Below are positions 19,225 through 26,862 of a DNA stretch of 64,000 nt, one piece after another. How positions within the stretch are numbered: the stretch's first letter is position 1; every line of letters starts with the position of its first letter. The DNA is from Candidatus Omnitrophota bacterium (GTDB lineage Bacteria > Omnitrophota > Gorgyraeia > Zapsychrales > Fredricksoniimonadaceae), in contig JACQCF010000004.1 of assembly GCA_016201795.1 (NCBI GenBank), positions 10,117 to 74,116 on the forward strand. The letters are read 5' to 3'. A program made the translations under genes and the position numbers. The notes below the pieces were generated by a model. That model saw only the letters and a program-made list of their open reading frames with translations, searched no databases and was not told the DNA's origin.

Positions 19225-19732
19225 AAGAGAGCGTCTAATGGCTTCCGTAACGTTTTGGCTGGCGCTTGTAGCGGTGGTGTATGGTTTTCTGATTGAGCCG
19301 CTGGTCGGCCGCTGGCAAAGCCTTGAGAGTGAGATTGTCTCCCAAAAGGATATCTTAAAAAAAGATTTGAGAATCCTCGAAAAACGAAAAATTATTGAGG
19401 CCGCTTACGTTGATATTGTCAAGGAGGCACAGTCCAGGGAACCGCAGGGTGCTGTAGATATCATGACGAGTGTGGAAACCCTTTCCAGGAACGATTCCTG
19501 CCTTCTTGTGAATATCAAGCCCTTAGGGATACAAAAAAGGGGATCCTGGCAGGAGGTCTCTATCGAAATCACCGCCGAGGCCAACGCGCAGCAATTTTCT
19601 AAATTTTTGTACGACCTGGAAAGTTCTAAAACAGGGATGTTAAGAATCAAACATTTCAGCCTAAATCCTGAATCCGCCAAGCCCGGTATTTTAAAGGGTG
19701 TTTTTATCCTGAATCGAATCCTGTTGGATTAA
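19202..19732 (+). CDS. GspM/PilO-like bitopic assembly protein
   Basis: Single TM (VTFWLALVAVVYGFLI) and a periplasmic domain. Start at the ATG overlapping the upstream stop; alternative ATG at 19238. Confidence 0.55.
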   Translation: MPLKNLNKRERLMASVTFWLALVAVVYGFLIEPLVGRWQSLESEIVSQKDILKKDLRILEKRKIIEAAYVDIVKEAQSREPQGAVDIMTSVETLSRNDSCLLVNIKPLGIQKRGSWQEVSIEITAEANAQQFSKFLYDLESSKTGMLRIKHFSLNPESAKPGILKGVFILNRILLD

Positions 19733-19900
19733 CAAGCTATTTGAGATTTCTATTATCTTATAAGTTATTTATTTACAATATGTTATATTCGATTATATCT
19801 TTAATTGGCATTTTAGGTGATTACATGTTATATTTTATCATAACATCACCCATGAGTTGAATATTCCTCAATTTCAACACATTATAAAGCAAGGTAAACT

Positions 19901-20395
19901 ATGGAAAGCGGCCATCATTTAGCCAAATTTCAGCTATGGCAGCTTACTAATAAATTCTTGGCAGTATCTTTGGTTCTTTTATCTTTGTATTTTGTGTATG
20001 GAATTTTTTTCCTCAAGCCTTCTTACACACTCCAAGGGTCTGTCAAAAGCGAAGTGGATCCGCTGAAGGATACTAACATGAATAATCAGCCTTTTGCGCT
20101 ACAGAGAAAAGACTACTCTTATTATTTTGACAAAATCTCCGGCAGGGAATTGTTTGGCCAAACCCAGCAGACACTTTCCGTTGACACAGCCACAGTAGAT
20201 GAAGCGACGGATAACTTAAAGCTTGTGGGAATCATCGCGGGGAAGAGTCCGCAGGCTGTTGTGGAAGACAAGAAAAATGAAAAGACGTATTATCTCAATA
20301 AAGGGGACTCTTTTGAGGGTTTGAACGTGCAGGAGATTCTAGATAACAAAGTGATTCTTGACCATGAAGGAAAGAAAATGGCGCTTTCTTTGTAA
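19901..20395 (+). CDS. GspC/PilP-like secretin-interacting protein
   Basis: N-terminal TM. C-terminal LVGIIAG..PQAVVEDKKNEKTYYLNKGDSFEGLNVQEILDNKVIL, HR-domain-like. Immediately upstream of the secretin. Confidence 0.55.
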   Translation: MESGHHLAKFQLWQLTNKFLAVSLVLLSLYFVYGIFFLKPSYTLQGSVKSEVDPLKDTNMNNQPFALQRKDYSYYFDKISGRELFGQTQQTLSVDTATVDEATDNLKLVGIIAGKSPQAVVEDKKNEKTYYLNKGDSFEGLNVQEILDNKVILDHEGKKMALSL

Positions 20396-20412
20396 AAGGA
20401 ACAATTGACCTT

Positions 20413-22362
20413 ATGAAAACAAAACTCATAAGTATTTTGACGGCGGGGACGTTGTTTGTTGTGTCTATGTTGGGGCCTCTTCGGGTCTCGGGCCAGGAAG
20501 AGCCTCATCCCGCTTCCAATCTCAAGCAAGCGCCTGCGCAAATCCAGTCCGATAGAATCTCGCTGGATTTAAAAGGCATGGATGTGGTGGAAGTCATCAA
20601 GACCCTGGCTTCCCAGGGTAACTTGAATGTCGTCATAGGCGATGATGTCAAAGGCCGCGTGACGATTTTTTTAAAAAGCGTTAAGCTTATGGATGCCTTT
20701 GAGATTATCCTTGTGGCCAGCGACTTGGCCTATGACAGGCGGGGGGACATTATCTATGTCATGTCCCAGAGGGAATACGAGGACACCTATGGAGAGCGCT
20801 TTGCCGACAAAACAACGGCCAAAATCATTCAACTGAAATTTGCCAAAGCCGCTGAAGTGGCCAAGGCGTTGAACCAGATGAAAAGCAAGATCGGCAAAAT
20901 CATCGTGGATGAAGGTTCCAATACCATTGTCATGATGGACAGTCCTGTTTTAGTGACCCGCATGCAGGAGACGGCCGGCAAACTGGATTCACCCACCATA
21001 ACGAAAGTCTTCAGTCTCACCTACGCGAAAGCGGAAGATTTAAAGACCAAAATTTCCGAGAGCCTCACCCCCGGCATTGGCAGTATGCAGATTGATGAAA
21101 GGACCAATCAGGTTGTGGTCACCGATCTGGAGGGAAAGATGGCCAAAATCCAGCAGATGATAACAGCTTTTGATGAAAAATTGCAGCAAGTTTTTATCGA
21201 AGCCAAGATTGTGCAGATTACCCTCAATGACCAGTACAAAATGGGTGTGGACTGGAACAGTTTCCTTAATAAATTGCATAAAAACAGCATCAACAGTGCC
21301 TTTGGGCTGGCAGCCAGGGATACTCTTAATCCCGGCGCACAACTGGCCATCGGTTCCGGGGACCCCAACTCTGATTACAACATTGTTGTGCAGGCGTTAA
21401 AATCCATTGGCGATGCCAATCTGCTTTCCAGTCCCAGAATCACCGTCCTGAATAACCAGGAGGCAAAAATCTTGGTGGGTAAAACCCAGCCCTACGCGAT
21501 TAATACCGTGACCCAGGGAACAGCCACGACCACGACGGCCACGAACTTGCAGTTTATCGATATCGGGGTCAAACTCTATGTCACACCCGTGGTCAATCGG
21601 GATGGTTTTATTACCATGAAAATCAAGCCCGAGGTCAGCTCGGCCACCGACTTTTACACGTATGGCTCGCCTCCAACCACAGTTCCCATCGTGGAAACCA
21701 CCCAGGCGGAAACCAGTGTGACGGTCAAAGACGGCACCACTCTGATTATCGCGGGTCTTATCAAGGACGACAGAAACAGCCAGGTGGACAAGGTCCCGTT
21801 TTTGGGTGACCTTCCCTTGATTGGAAACGCCTTTCGAAAGACCGGTAAATCCATCAACAAGCAGGAACTGGTGGTTTTTTTGACTCCTCATATCGTGACC
21901 GGAGACAATGATTATGTGGTCGCGCCACCTAGTCCGCCCACTGGCGAAAAGAAATTCACCATGCCAGAGGATTTTGTTTTTGAACGCAGGGACAGGGTGA
22001 AAATGGACCCGGGCGTATTTAAAGAGAACCCTGTTCCTCAAGCTAGGGGAAAAGCAACGTCTTTTATAACGGTGTTGCCCGCAAGCGATCAGGAGTATTA
22101 TTACGTGGTTAAAGAAAAAATAGCCCAACAGATCATAGCACCCAAAGACAAAACGCATATCCCTTTGAAAGGGAAGGTGAAGGTGCAATTTTTTCTTTCT
22201 TCCAAAGGGGAACTCTTATACGCGCCCGAGATTGCGCAGTCAAGTAATTCTTCTTTGGATGAGGCGGTCATCGCCGCGGTAGTTAAAGCTGCGCCGTATC
22301 CAGCGTCTCCCCAAAAGGGGGTAAAACAGAAACGTTTTGTGGTGGATTTTTCCTTTGAGTAA
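20413..22362 (+). CDS. gspD: Secretin GspD/PilQ with a C-terminal TonB-C-like extension
   Basis: Signal peptide and N0/N1-type domains. Secretin core (LLSSPRITVLNNQEAKILVG ... VPFLGDLPLIGNAFRK ... VVFLTPHIV). A ~150-aa tail ending KGKVKVQFFLSSKGELLYAPEIAQSSNSSLDEAVIAAVVKAAPYPASPQKGVKQKRFVVDFSF. Confidence 0.9.
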   Translation: MKTKLISILTAGTLFVVSMLGPLRVSGQEEPHPASNLKQAPAQIQSDRISLDLKGMDVVEVIKTLASQGNLNVVIGDDVKGRVTIFLKSVKLMDAFEIILVASDLAYDRRGDIIYVMSQREYEDTYGERFADKTTAKIIQLKFAKAAEVAKALNQMKSKIGKIIVDEGSNTIVMMDSPVLVTRMQETAGKLDSPTITKVFSLTYAKAEDLKTKISESLTPGIGSMQIDERTNQVVVTDLEGKMAKIQQMITAFDEKLQQVFIEAKIVQITLNDQYKMGVDWNSFLNKLHKNSINSAFGLAARDTLNPGAQLAIGSGDPNSDYNIVVQALKSIGDANLLSSPRITVLNNQEAKILVGKTQPYAINTVTQGTATTTTATNLQFIDIGVKLYVTPVVNRDGFITMKIKPEVSSATDFYTYGSPPTTVPIVETTQAETSVTVKDGTTLIIAGLIKDDRNSQVDKVPFLGDLPLIGNAFRKTGKSINKQELVVFLTPHIVTGDNDYVVAPPSPPTGEKKFTMPEDFVFERRDRVKMDPGVFKENPVPQARGKATSFITVLPASDQEYYYVVKEKIAQQIIAPKDKTHIPLKGKVKVQFFLSSKGELLYAPEIAQSSNSSLDEAVIAAVVKAAPYPASPQKGVKQKRFVVDFSFE

Positions 22363-22376
22363 GCAAAGAAAATTTT

Positions 22377-22907
22377 ATGAACGTTAAAATCATTTCAAAA
22401 ATTTCGTTAATCGCAAGCGTTATCTTACTGGCCGCGGCTATCAGTTTGTATTTGCAGAAACAACAAGCAAAGAACCAGAACGTCTCTTTACAAAACAGGC
22501 TGGATGAGGCAACGGTTTTCAAACAGGCCATTGAAAAGAAACTCCAGGATGCCACAAATGCCAATGCCAGCCTGGACCTTAAGACAAAAGCCCTGCAGAC
22601 AAAAATTGATACCCTCTCACAGGAATTGGAAGAAAGCAAGGCCGTAAATATGAAGCTGAGCCATAGTCTTGAGGCAAAAGAAGGCAATGTCAAGGAACTC
22701 GCCTTAAAGCTAAAGGATGTCGGGGCAAAAGAAGATGACCTCACCGCGCGCCTGGCAAAGGCTAACGAAGATTGTTTGAAGGTAAAATCGCAGGCAGAGA
22801 ATTTTTTAAAAACCAAACAGGCGCTGGAGAGGAAAATTGAAGATCTGACTCAACAAAACGACCCGGTCCCTTTGGGCACCATTGTCGTCAAACAGTCTTC
22901 AGAGTAG
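22377..22907 (+). CDS. Membrane-anchored coiled-coil protein, function unknown
   Basis: N-terminal TM, then a heptad-rich Q/K/E/L sequence. Confidence 0.5.
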   Translation: MNVKIISKISLIASVILLAAAISLYLQKQQAKNQNVSLQNRLDEATVFKQAIEKKLQDATNANASLDLKTKALQTKIDTLSQELEESKAVNMKLSHSLEAKEGNVKELALKLKDVGAKEDDLTARLAKANEDCLKVKSQAENFLKTKQALERKIEDLTQQNDPVPLGTIVVKQSSE

Positions 22908-22948
22908 GGGGTAATAATATTGATTTTACATCAAGTAAAAATTACTAT

Positions 22949-22977
22949 TTGACAAAATATCTTTTTGTCTGTAGTAT
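22949..22977 (+). promoter_or_regulatory. Sigma70-like promoter TTGACA-N17-TAGTAT
   Basis: Seen directly. Preceded by TTTACATCAAG, a motif also present at 38600. Confidence 0.5.
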
Positions 22978-23014
22978 ATAGCCTGTTACTTAAGTTCAGT
23001 AGTTTGTGTGACAT

Positions 23015-23653
23015 TTGTGCTTAAAGAAAAGAAAGTCCCCCATGTTCAAAGCCCGGCACAACCGCATAAGAAATTTCCCGCAGCCTTCAAGAACCCTTGA
23101 AGGTTTTTTATTTGTTCTTGCCTTTGCTGTTGGTATCGCCTACGCAGATCAATTGCCCCCTGGCATTAAAATAGTGGCTTATCACATCCAGCCTCTTGCT
23201 TTCAAGGCTTATGAAGACGTCTCGGATATCACTAAAATCCCAATTGTCTTCTCTAAATATGGGCAGGAAGCAAAGCTGGTATATCCGGCTCCAAAAGAAA
23301 ACACCATCCGCGAGACGTCCGTTATCATGAAAAAATGCAGAGAGGCCCTCTCGCGGAATGTCGAGAGGATCGTTAAGACTCAAAAAGAAAACAAAGCTGT
23401 GCATGATTATTTGACTTTGAAGGACAAGGTGCCCGCACTCAATAAAGAGGATTTTCTCAGGATTGTTGACGATCCCAGGGAAGCGACGTTCCAAAGGGAT
23501 CCCGCCACCAACAAGGCCGTGGCGGAGTTTCGGTCGAAGGAATTTCCCATCAATAAAAATATGGCCTTTTGTATCTATATAACCTTTATCTGCTCTTACG
23601 AACAGTCAACTGTTGAGAAAATCATTCTATCGGCGGTGAAACTTGAAAGCTAA
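23015..23653 (+). CDS. Hypothetical protein with N-terminal hydrophobic segment
   Basis: ORF downstream of the strong promoter. No motif recognised. Confidence 0.5.
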   Translation: MCLKKRKSPMFKARHNRIRNFPQPSRTLEGFLFVLAFAVGIAYADQLPPGIKIVAYHIQPLAFKAYEDVSDITKIPIVFSKYGQEAKLVYPAPKENTIRETSVIMKKCREALSRNVERIVKTQKENKAVHDYLTLKDKVPALNKEDFLRIVDDPREATFQRDPATNKAVAEFRSKEFPINKNMAFCIYITFICSYEQSTVEKIILSAVKLES

Positions 23654-24191
23654 AAATTTTTTATTCAGGGCAGTATCGTTAAGCGTTTTCTTCCTGTTAA
23701 ATTTAACTTATAGCAAAGCTGACGATAACACACAATCTAATCAAAATTATATTGCCAGTGGCAGTTCCATAAAAGTAACACAGGGAGGAGCTCTCTTTAA
23801 TACACAGATAGAATATTTTAAAATCACTGGCAACACTATTAATATCGATAGGAAGAATGATAATAAAGGTCTTGAGTCCAAATCAGCAAACTCTACTTCT
23901 GGGATATCTGTGGTTCATACCTCTGCAGGAACTAATCAATCTTTTGATTTAATAAATAAGACAAATACTGCCCGTTGGCAAAAGAAGACTTTTTCCACCG
24001 CACAGGCATCGAAGCCGATAGTTAAGATTACTCAATCAAAAGAATTACAGAATTTAGAACAGCATCGCAAAGCCAGAAAAGAAGCCTTAAAGAAAATGCT
24101 GGAATTGCGCCCGTCCCGTCGGGAAAATACTCTTATCAATAACCTAAACACCAACACCAACCAGGACGATCAAGACAATGCGCAGCCATAG
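23643..24191 (+). CDS. Hypothetical secreted Asn/Thr/Ser-rich protein
   Basis: Signal peptide MKAKNFLFRAVSLSVFFLLNLTYSKA. AT-rich. Confidence 0.5.
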   Translation: MKAKNFLFRAVSLSVFFLLNLTYSKADDNTQSNQNYIASGSSIKVTQGGALFNTQIEYFKITGNTINIDRKNDNKGLESKSANSTSGISVVHTSAGTNQSFDLINKTNTARWQKKTFSTAQASKPIVKITQSKELQNLEQHRKARKEALKKMLELRPSRRENTLINNLNTNTNQDDQDNAQP

Positions 24192-25650
24192 AACAGGTTC
24201 CGCGTTTTTTGTTTTTTTGTTTTTCCTTGCAAGCGCTGTCCATGCCCAGACTGCTACCTCGCGCATTGTGGTTTCTCCTCAATATCTGGTGCTTTACGCT
24301 GTGCAGGGGGCTACCACCAGCCAGTCCCAGACTTTTACTATTTCCAATGGCGGCACGGGAACACTGCATTTCAATTTGTCCAATGCCACATCTTGGTTAA
24401 GTATCAACACCTCCTCCGGTTCTGTCACAAATAACAAAGCCACCATCACCGCAACAGTCAATCCTTCGGGATTAACTTCCTCTTCAAGTCCTTATATCGT
24501 GGACATCACGATCTCAAATACCGATATTCCCCAGGACACTAAAAAAGTCAGGATCCGGTTATCTATTCTGGCCTCTGACGCTTATGTGCATAGCTACCAG
24601 TATGATTCTAAAGGAAATGTTGTAAGAAGAATCACCCCCAACGGCGATATTATTGAATATGCTTACGATGCTTTGGGCCATATGCTTCATATCTATTATC
24701 CCAATAGCCAAGAGGTCGACTATATCTATGGTGCAGTTGGAAACCGTATCTCGATGACGGATTGGCATGGAATCACCACATATGGCTATGACCAGCTCAA
24801 CCGTCTGCGTGGTGTTATTTACCCTAATATAAATCCCATCCTTTATGATTATGACAAATCAGGGAAATTGACGGCCATAACCTATCCGGACCAGTCAAAG
24901 GTCACCTACACCTATGATACAGATGGGAGACTAACGAATGTTGGTTATACCGCAGGGACAGTTACTTATACCTACAGTAACACTTCGAATAATCTTACAC
25001 AGAAAACTTTACCTAACGGGGCTTACACCACCTATAGCTACGATCTAGCCAAGAGGATTACAGATACAATAAATAAGCAATCCAATGGTTCACTGATTTC
25101 CAGTTATCATTATGCCTATGATGCCAACAGCAATATCACTCAGGAAATAGAAACCACCCCTACTGCAACAACGATCAAAAATTATATCTACGATAAACTC
25201 AATCGTTTAACAAACGTCAATTATTCTGATGGGACCTACGAAACCTATACGTATGACTCGATGGGAAATCGCCTGACAATGACAACCCAAACAGGCACAA
25301 CCACCTATGAATACGACTCCGACAACAGGCTCATCAGGGCCGGCAGCACGTATTATTTCTACGATAAAAACGGTAATACCATCAAAAAAGTCTCGCCCTT
25401 AAAAACAGAGACCTACCAGTATGACTACAATAACATGCTCACCCAGTATTCCGATGGTACCAATACCGTTACTTACCAGTATGACGGCGACCGTAACCGC
25501 ATAGCCAAGGTTGTCAATGGCACAATTACAAACTATATCAATGATATCAACAGACCCGTTGTCCAGGTCCTTATGGAAACCAACGCCAATTTAGTCATGA
25601 CTAAACGCTATGTCTACGGCAATGAACTCATCAGCCAGGAGGCCTTCTAA
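24178..25650 (+). CDS. RHS/YD-repeat protein, N-terminal part (signal peptide, Ig/BACON-like domain, YD repeats), ending inside a YD repeat
   Basis: Signal peptide. Ig-like segment TFTISNGGTGTLHFNLSNATSWLSINTSSGSV. Multiple YxYDxxG(R/N)L repeats. Ends RYVYGNELISQEAF*. Confidence 0.8.
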   Translation: MRSHRTGSAFFVFLFFLASAVHAQTATSRIVVSPQYLVLYAVQGATTSQSQTFTISNGGTGTLHFNLSNATSWLSINTSSGSVTNNKATITATVNPSGLTSSSSPYIVDITISNTDIPQDTKKVRIRLSILASDAYVHSYQYDSKGNVVRRITPNGDIIEYAYDALGHMLHIYYPNSQEVDYIYGAVGNRISMTDWHGITTYGYDQLNRLRGVIYPNINPILYDYDKSGKLTAITYPDQSKVTYTYDTDGRLTNVGYTAGTVTYTYSNTSNNLTQKTLPNGAYTTYSYDLAKRITDTINKQSNGSLISSYHYAYDANSNITQEIETTPTATTIKNYIYDKLNRLTNVNYSDGTYETYTYDSMGNRLTMTTQTGTTTYEYDSDNRLIRAGSTYYFYDKNGNTIKKVSPLKTETYQYDYNNMLTQYSDGTNTVTYQYDGDRNRIAKVVNGTITNYINDINRPVVQVLMETNANLVMTKRYVYGNELISQEAF

Positions 25651-25928
25651 TGCAAGAAAACAATTTTAAACCCGGTAAAGCTTTTTTCTTTCAAAATTTC
25701 AAATGGTATGAGCATTTGGCCGCCGGGTGGCCTTTATTTTTGATTTTTGTAGGAGGCGCCATTGGCGGCGGTTGCGGCGGCGCTGCTTATGTTATTAATG
25801 GCAAGATATTTGGTTCCAAGCTTTCTCAACTTTTAAAGTATGTGTGTTCTTTTTTGGTGGGATCGGGAGCGGTACTGCTTTACTTAATTATTGCGGTTAT
25901 TTTTAAGAGTTTATTTGTTCATAATTAA
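25650..25928 (+). CDS. Small two-TM membrane protein with Gly-rich loop
   Basis: ATG overlaps the upstream stop (TAATG). GGAIGGGCGGAAYVING segment. AT-rich. Confidence 0.5.
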   Translation: MQENNFKPGKAFFFQNFKWYEHLAAGWPLFLIFVGGAIGGGCGGAAYVINGKIFGSKLSQLLKYVCSFLVGSGAVLLYLIIAVIFKSLFVHN

Positions 25929-25935
25929 GGAAGCT

Positions 25936-26034
25936 TTAACCGAAGGTCAATGGCAGAATTTTGCCAACGCCAATTTGTCCGTTGGAAAGAAATATGTTGA
26001 TGGGAATGAACTGATAAGCCAGGAGTCGTTTTAA
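25936..26034 (+). other. Degenerate duplicate of the YD-protein 3' end (encodes ...NANLSVGKKYVDGNELISQESF*)
   Basis: Compare RYVYGNELISQEAF* at 25609-25650. Nucleotide similarity roughly 75% over ~35 nt. Confidence 0.45.
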
Positions 26035-26035
26035 C

Positions 26036-26794
26036 GTGAATAAAATTGCTAAATATATCCAGGAGGCGCATGGCAGGGTACAGCGAAGAAAGAGCCCATG
26101 GAATTGGATATTGCTGTTTTCTATTATTGGTATTGGAGGCAGCGGGTTTTTTATGTTTAAAGGTTTATCAGATATACAGCACCATTTAATTCCTACAGAC
26201 GTTATTCTCTCAAGTTGGACCGCGGTAGGCAGCGGTCTAATACTTCTTCCTACCCTTTTTCTGTCGCTTCCTCTTGGATTTATGTTTGCCAATCTTATTG
26301 CTTGGTGTATTCCTCCCGCAAGGAGAGCCTTGGACAGCGAAGCAAAGGAAATAAAAGGAAAAACTTTAAAGGAATCGATAAAGATAATCTCTATTGTCTT
26401 AATAGTCCTTCTCATAATTGTCACGCCGTTAAGCATTGTAGGAGTTTTTAATTATTTTTATGTGACCCCCAGCGGAGTTACTCTACGCCCCTTATTCTCA
26501 CTAAAGGAAAAACATTATGACTGGAGTGATATTGTAAGGATACACGGTAAGTTTTGGGATGCTCAGAACAATACTTTCAACAGGGAGTATGTTCTATATA
26601 TGAAGGATGGAAGAAAAGTTGATCTTGCTAATCCTGCTTCAACGTTTATAAATGCCTACGATAAAATAAAACCATTTATTCGAGCACAATCTCAAATATC
26701 ATATGACTATATTATAAAAGATACACGAATGTTTACAACCCCTTATACAGACTATGATAGAAAATTTATGAAGATAATTCAAAATAAAGACTAG
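26036..26794 (+). CDS. Four-TM membrane protein with C-terminal soluble domain, unknown function
   Basis: GTG start 1 nt after the remnant stop. Hydrophobic helices. AT-rich 3' half. Confidence 0.55.
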   Translation: MNKIAKYIQEAHGRVQRRKSPWNWILLFSIIGIGGSGFFMFKGLSDIQHHLIPTDVILSSWTAVGSGLILLPTLFLSLPLGFMFANLIAWCIPPARRALDSEAKEIKGKTLKESIKIISIVLIVLLIIVTPLSIVGVFNYFYVTPSGVTLRPLFSLKEKHYDWSDIVRIHGKFWDAQNNTFNREYVLYMKDGRKVDLANPASTFINAYDKIKPFIRAQSQISYDYIIKDTRMFTTPYTDYDRKFMKIIQNKD

Positions 26795-26862
26795 CCGATA
26801 GGAGTCTGAATATTTTACAAGGTACCTTTATTCAAAGACCGCTGCAAAACAGCATAGGCAGG

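Noticed and set aside
21397-22188. 263-aa minus-strand ORF antisense to the secretin gene (and similar antisense ORFs at 22283-22816, 12481-12891, 14371-14823, 56920-57477)
   Set aside because: Lies entirely inside well-supported + strand genes with clear homology. Has no motif, and is typical of spurious antisense ORFs in GC-moderate coding DNA.
25740-25800. Gly/Ala-rich stretch (GGAIGGGCGGAAY) as possible low-complexity repeat element
   Set aside because: It is within a small membrane protein ORF and is better explained as a glycine-zipper TM/loop segment.
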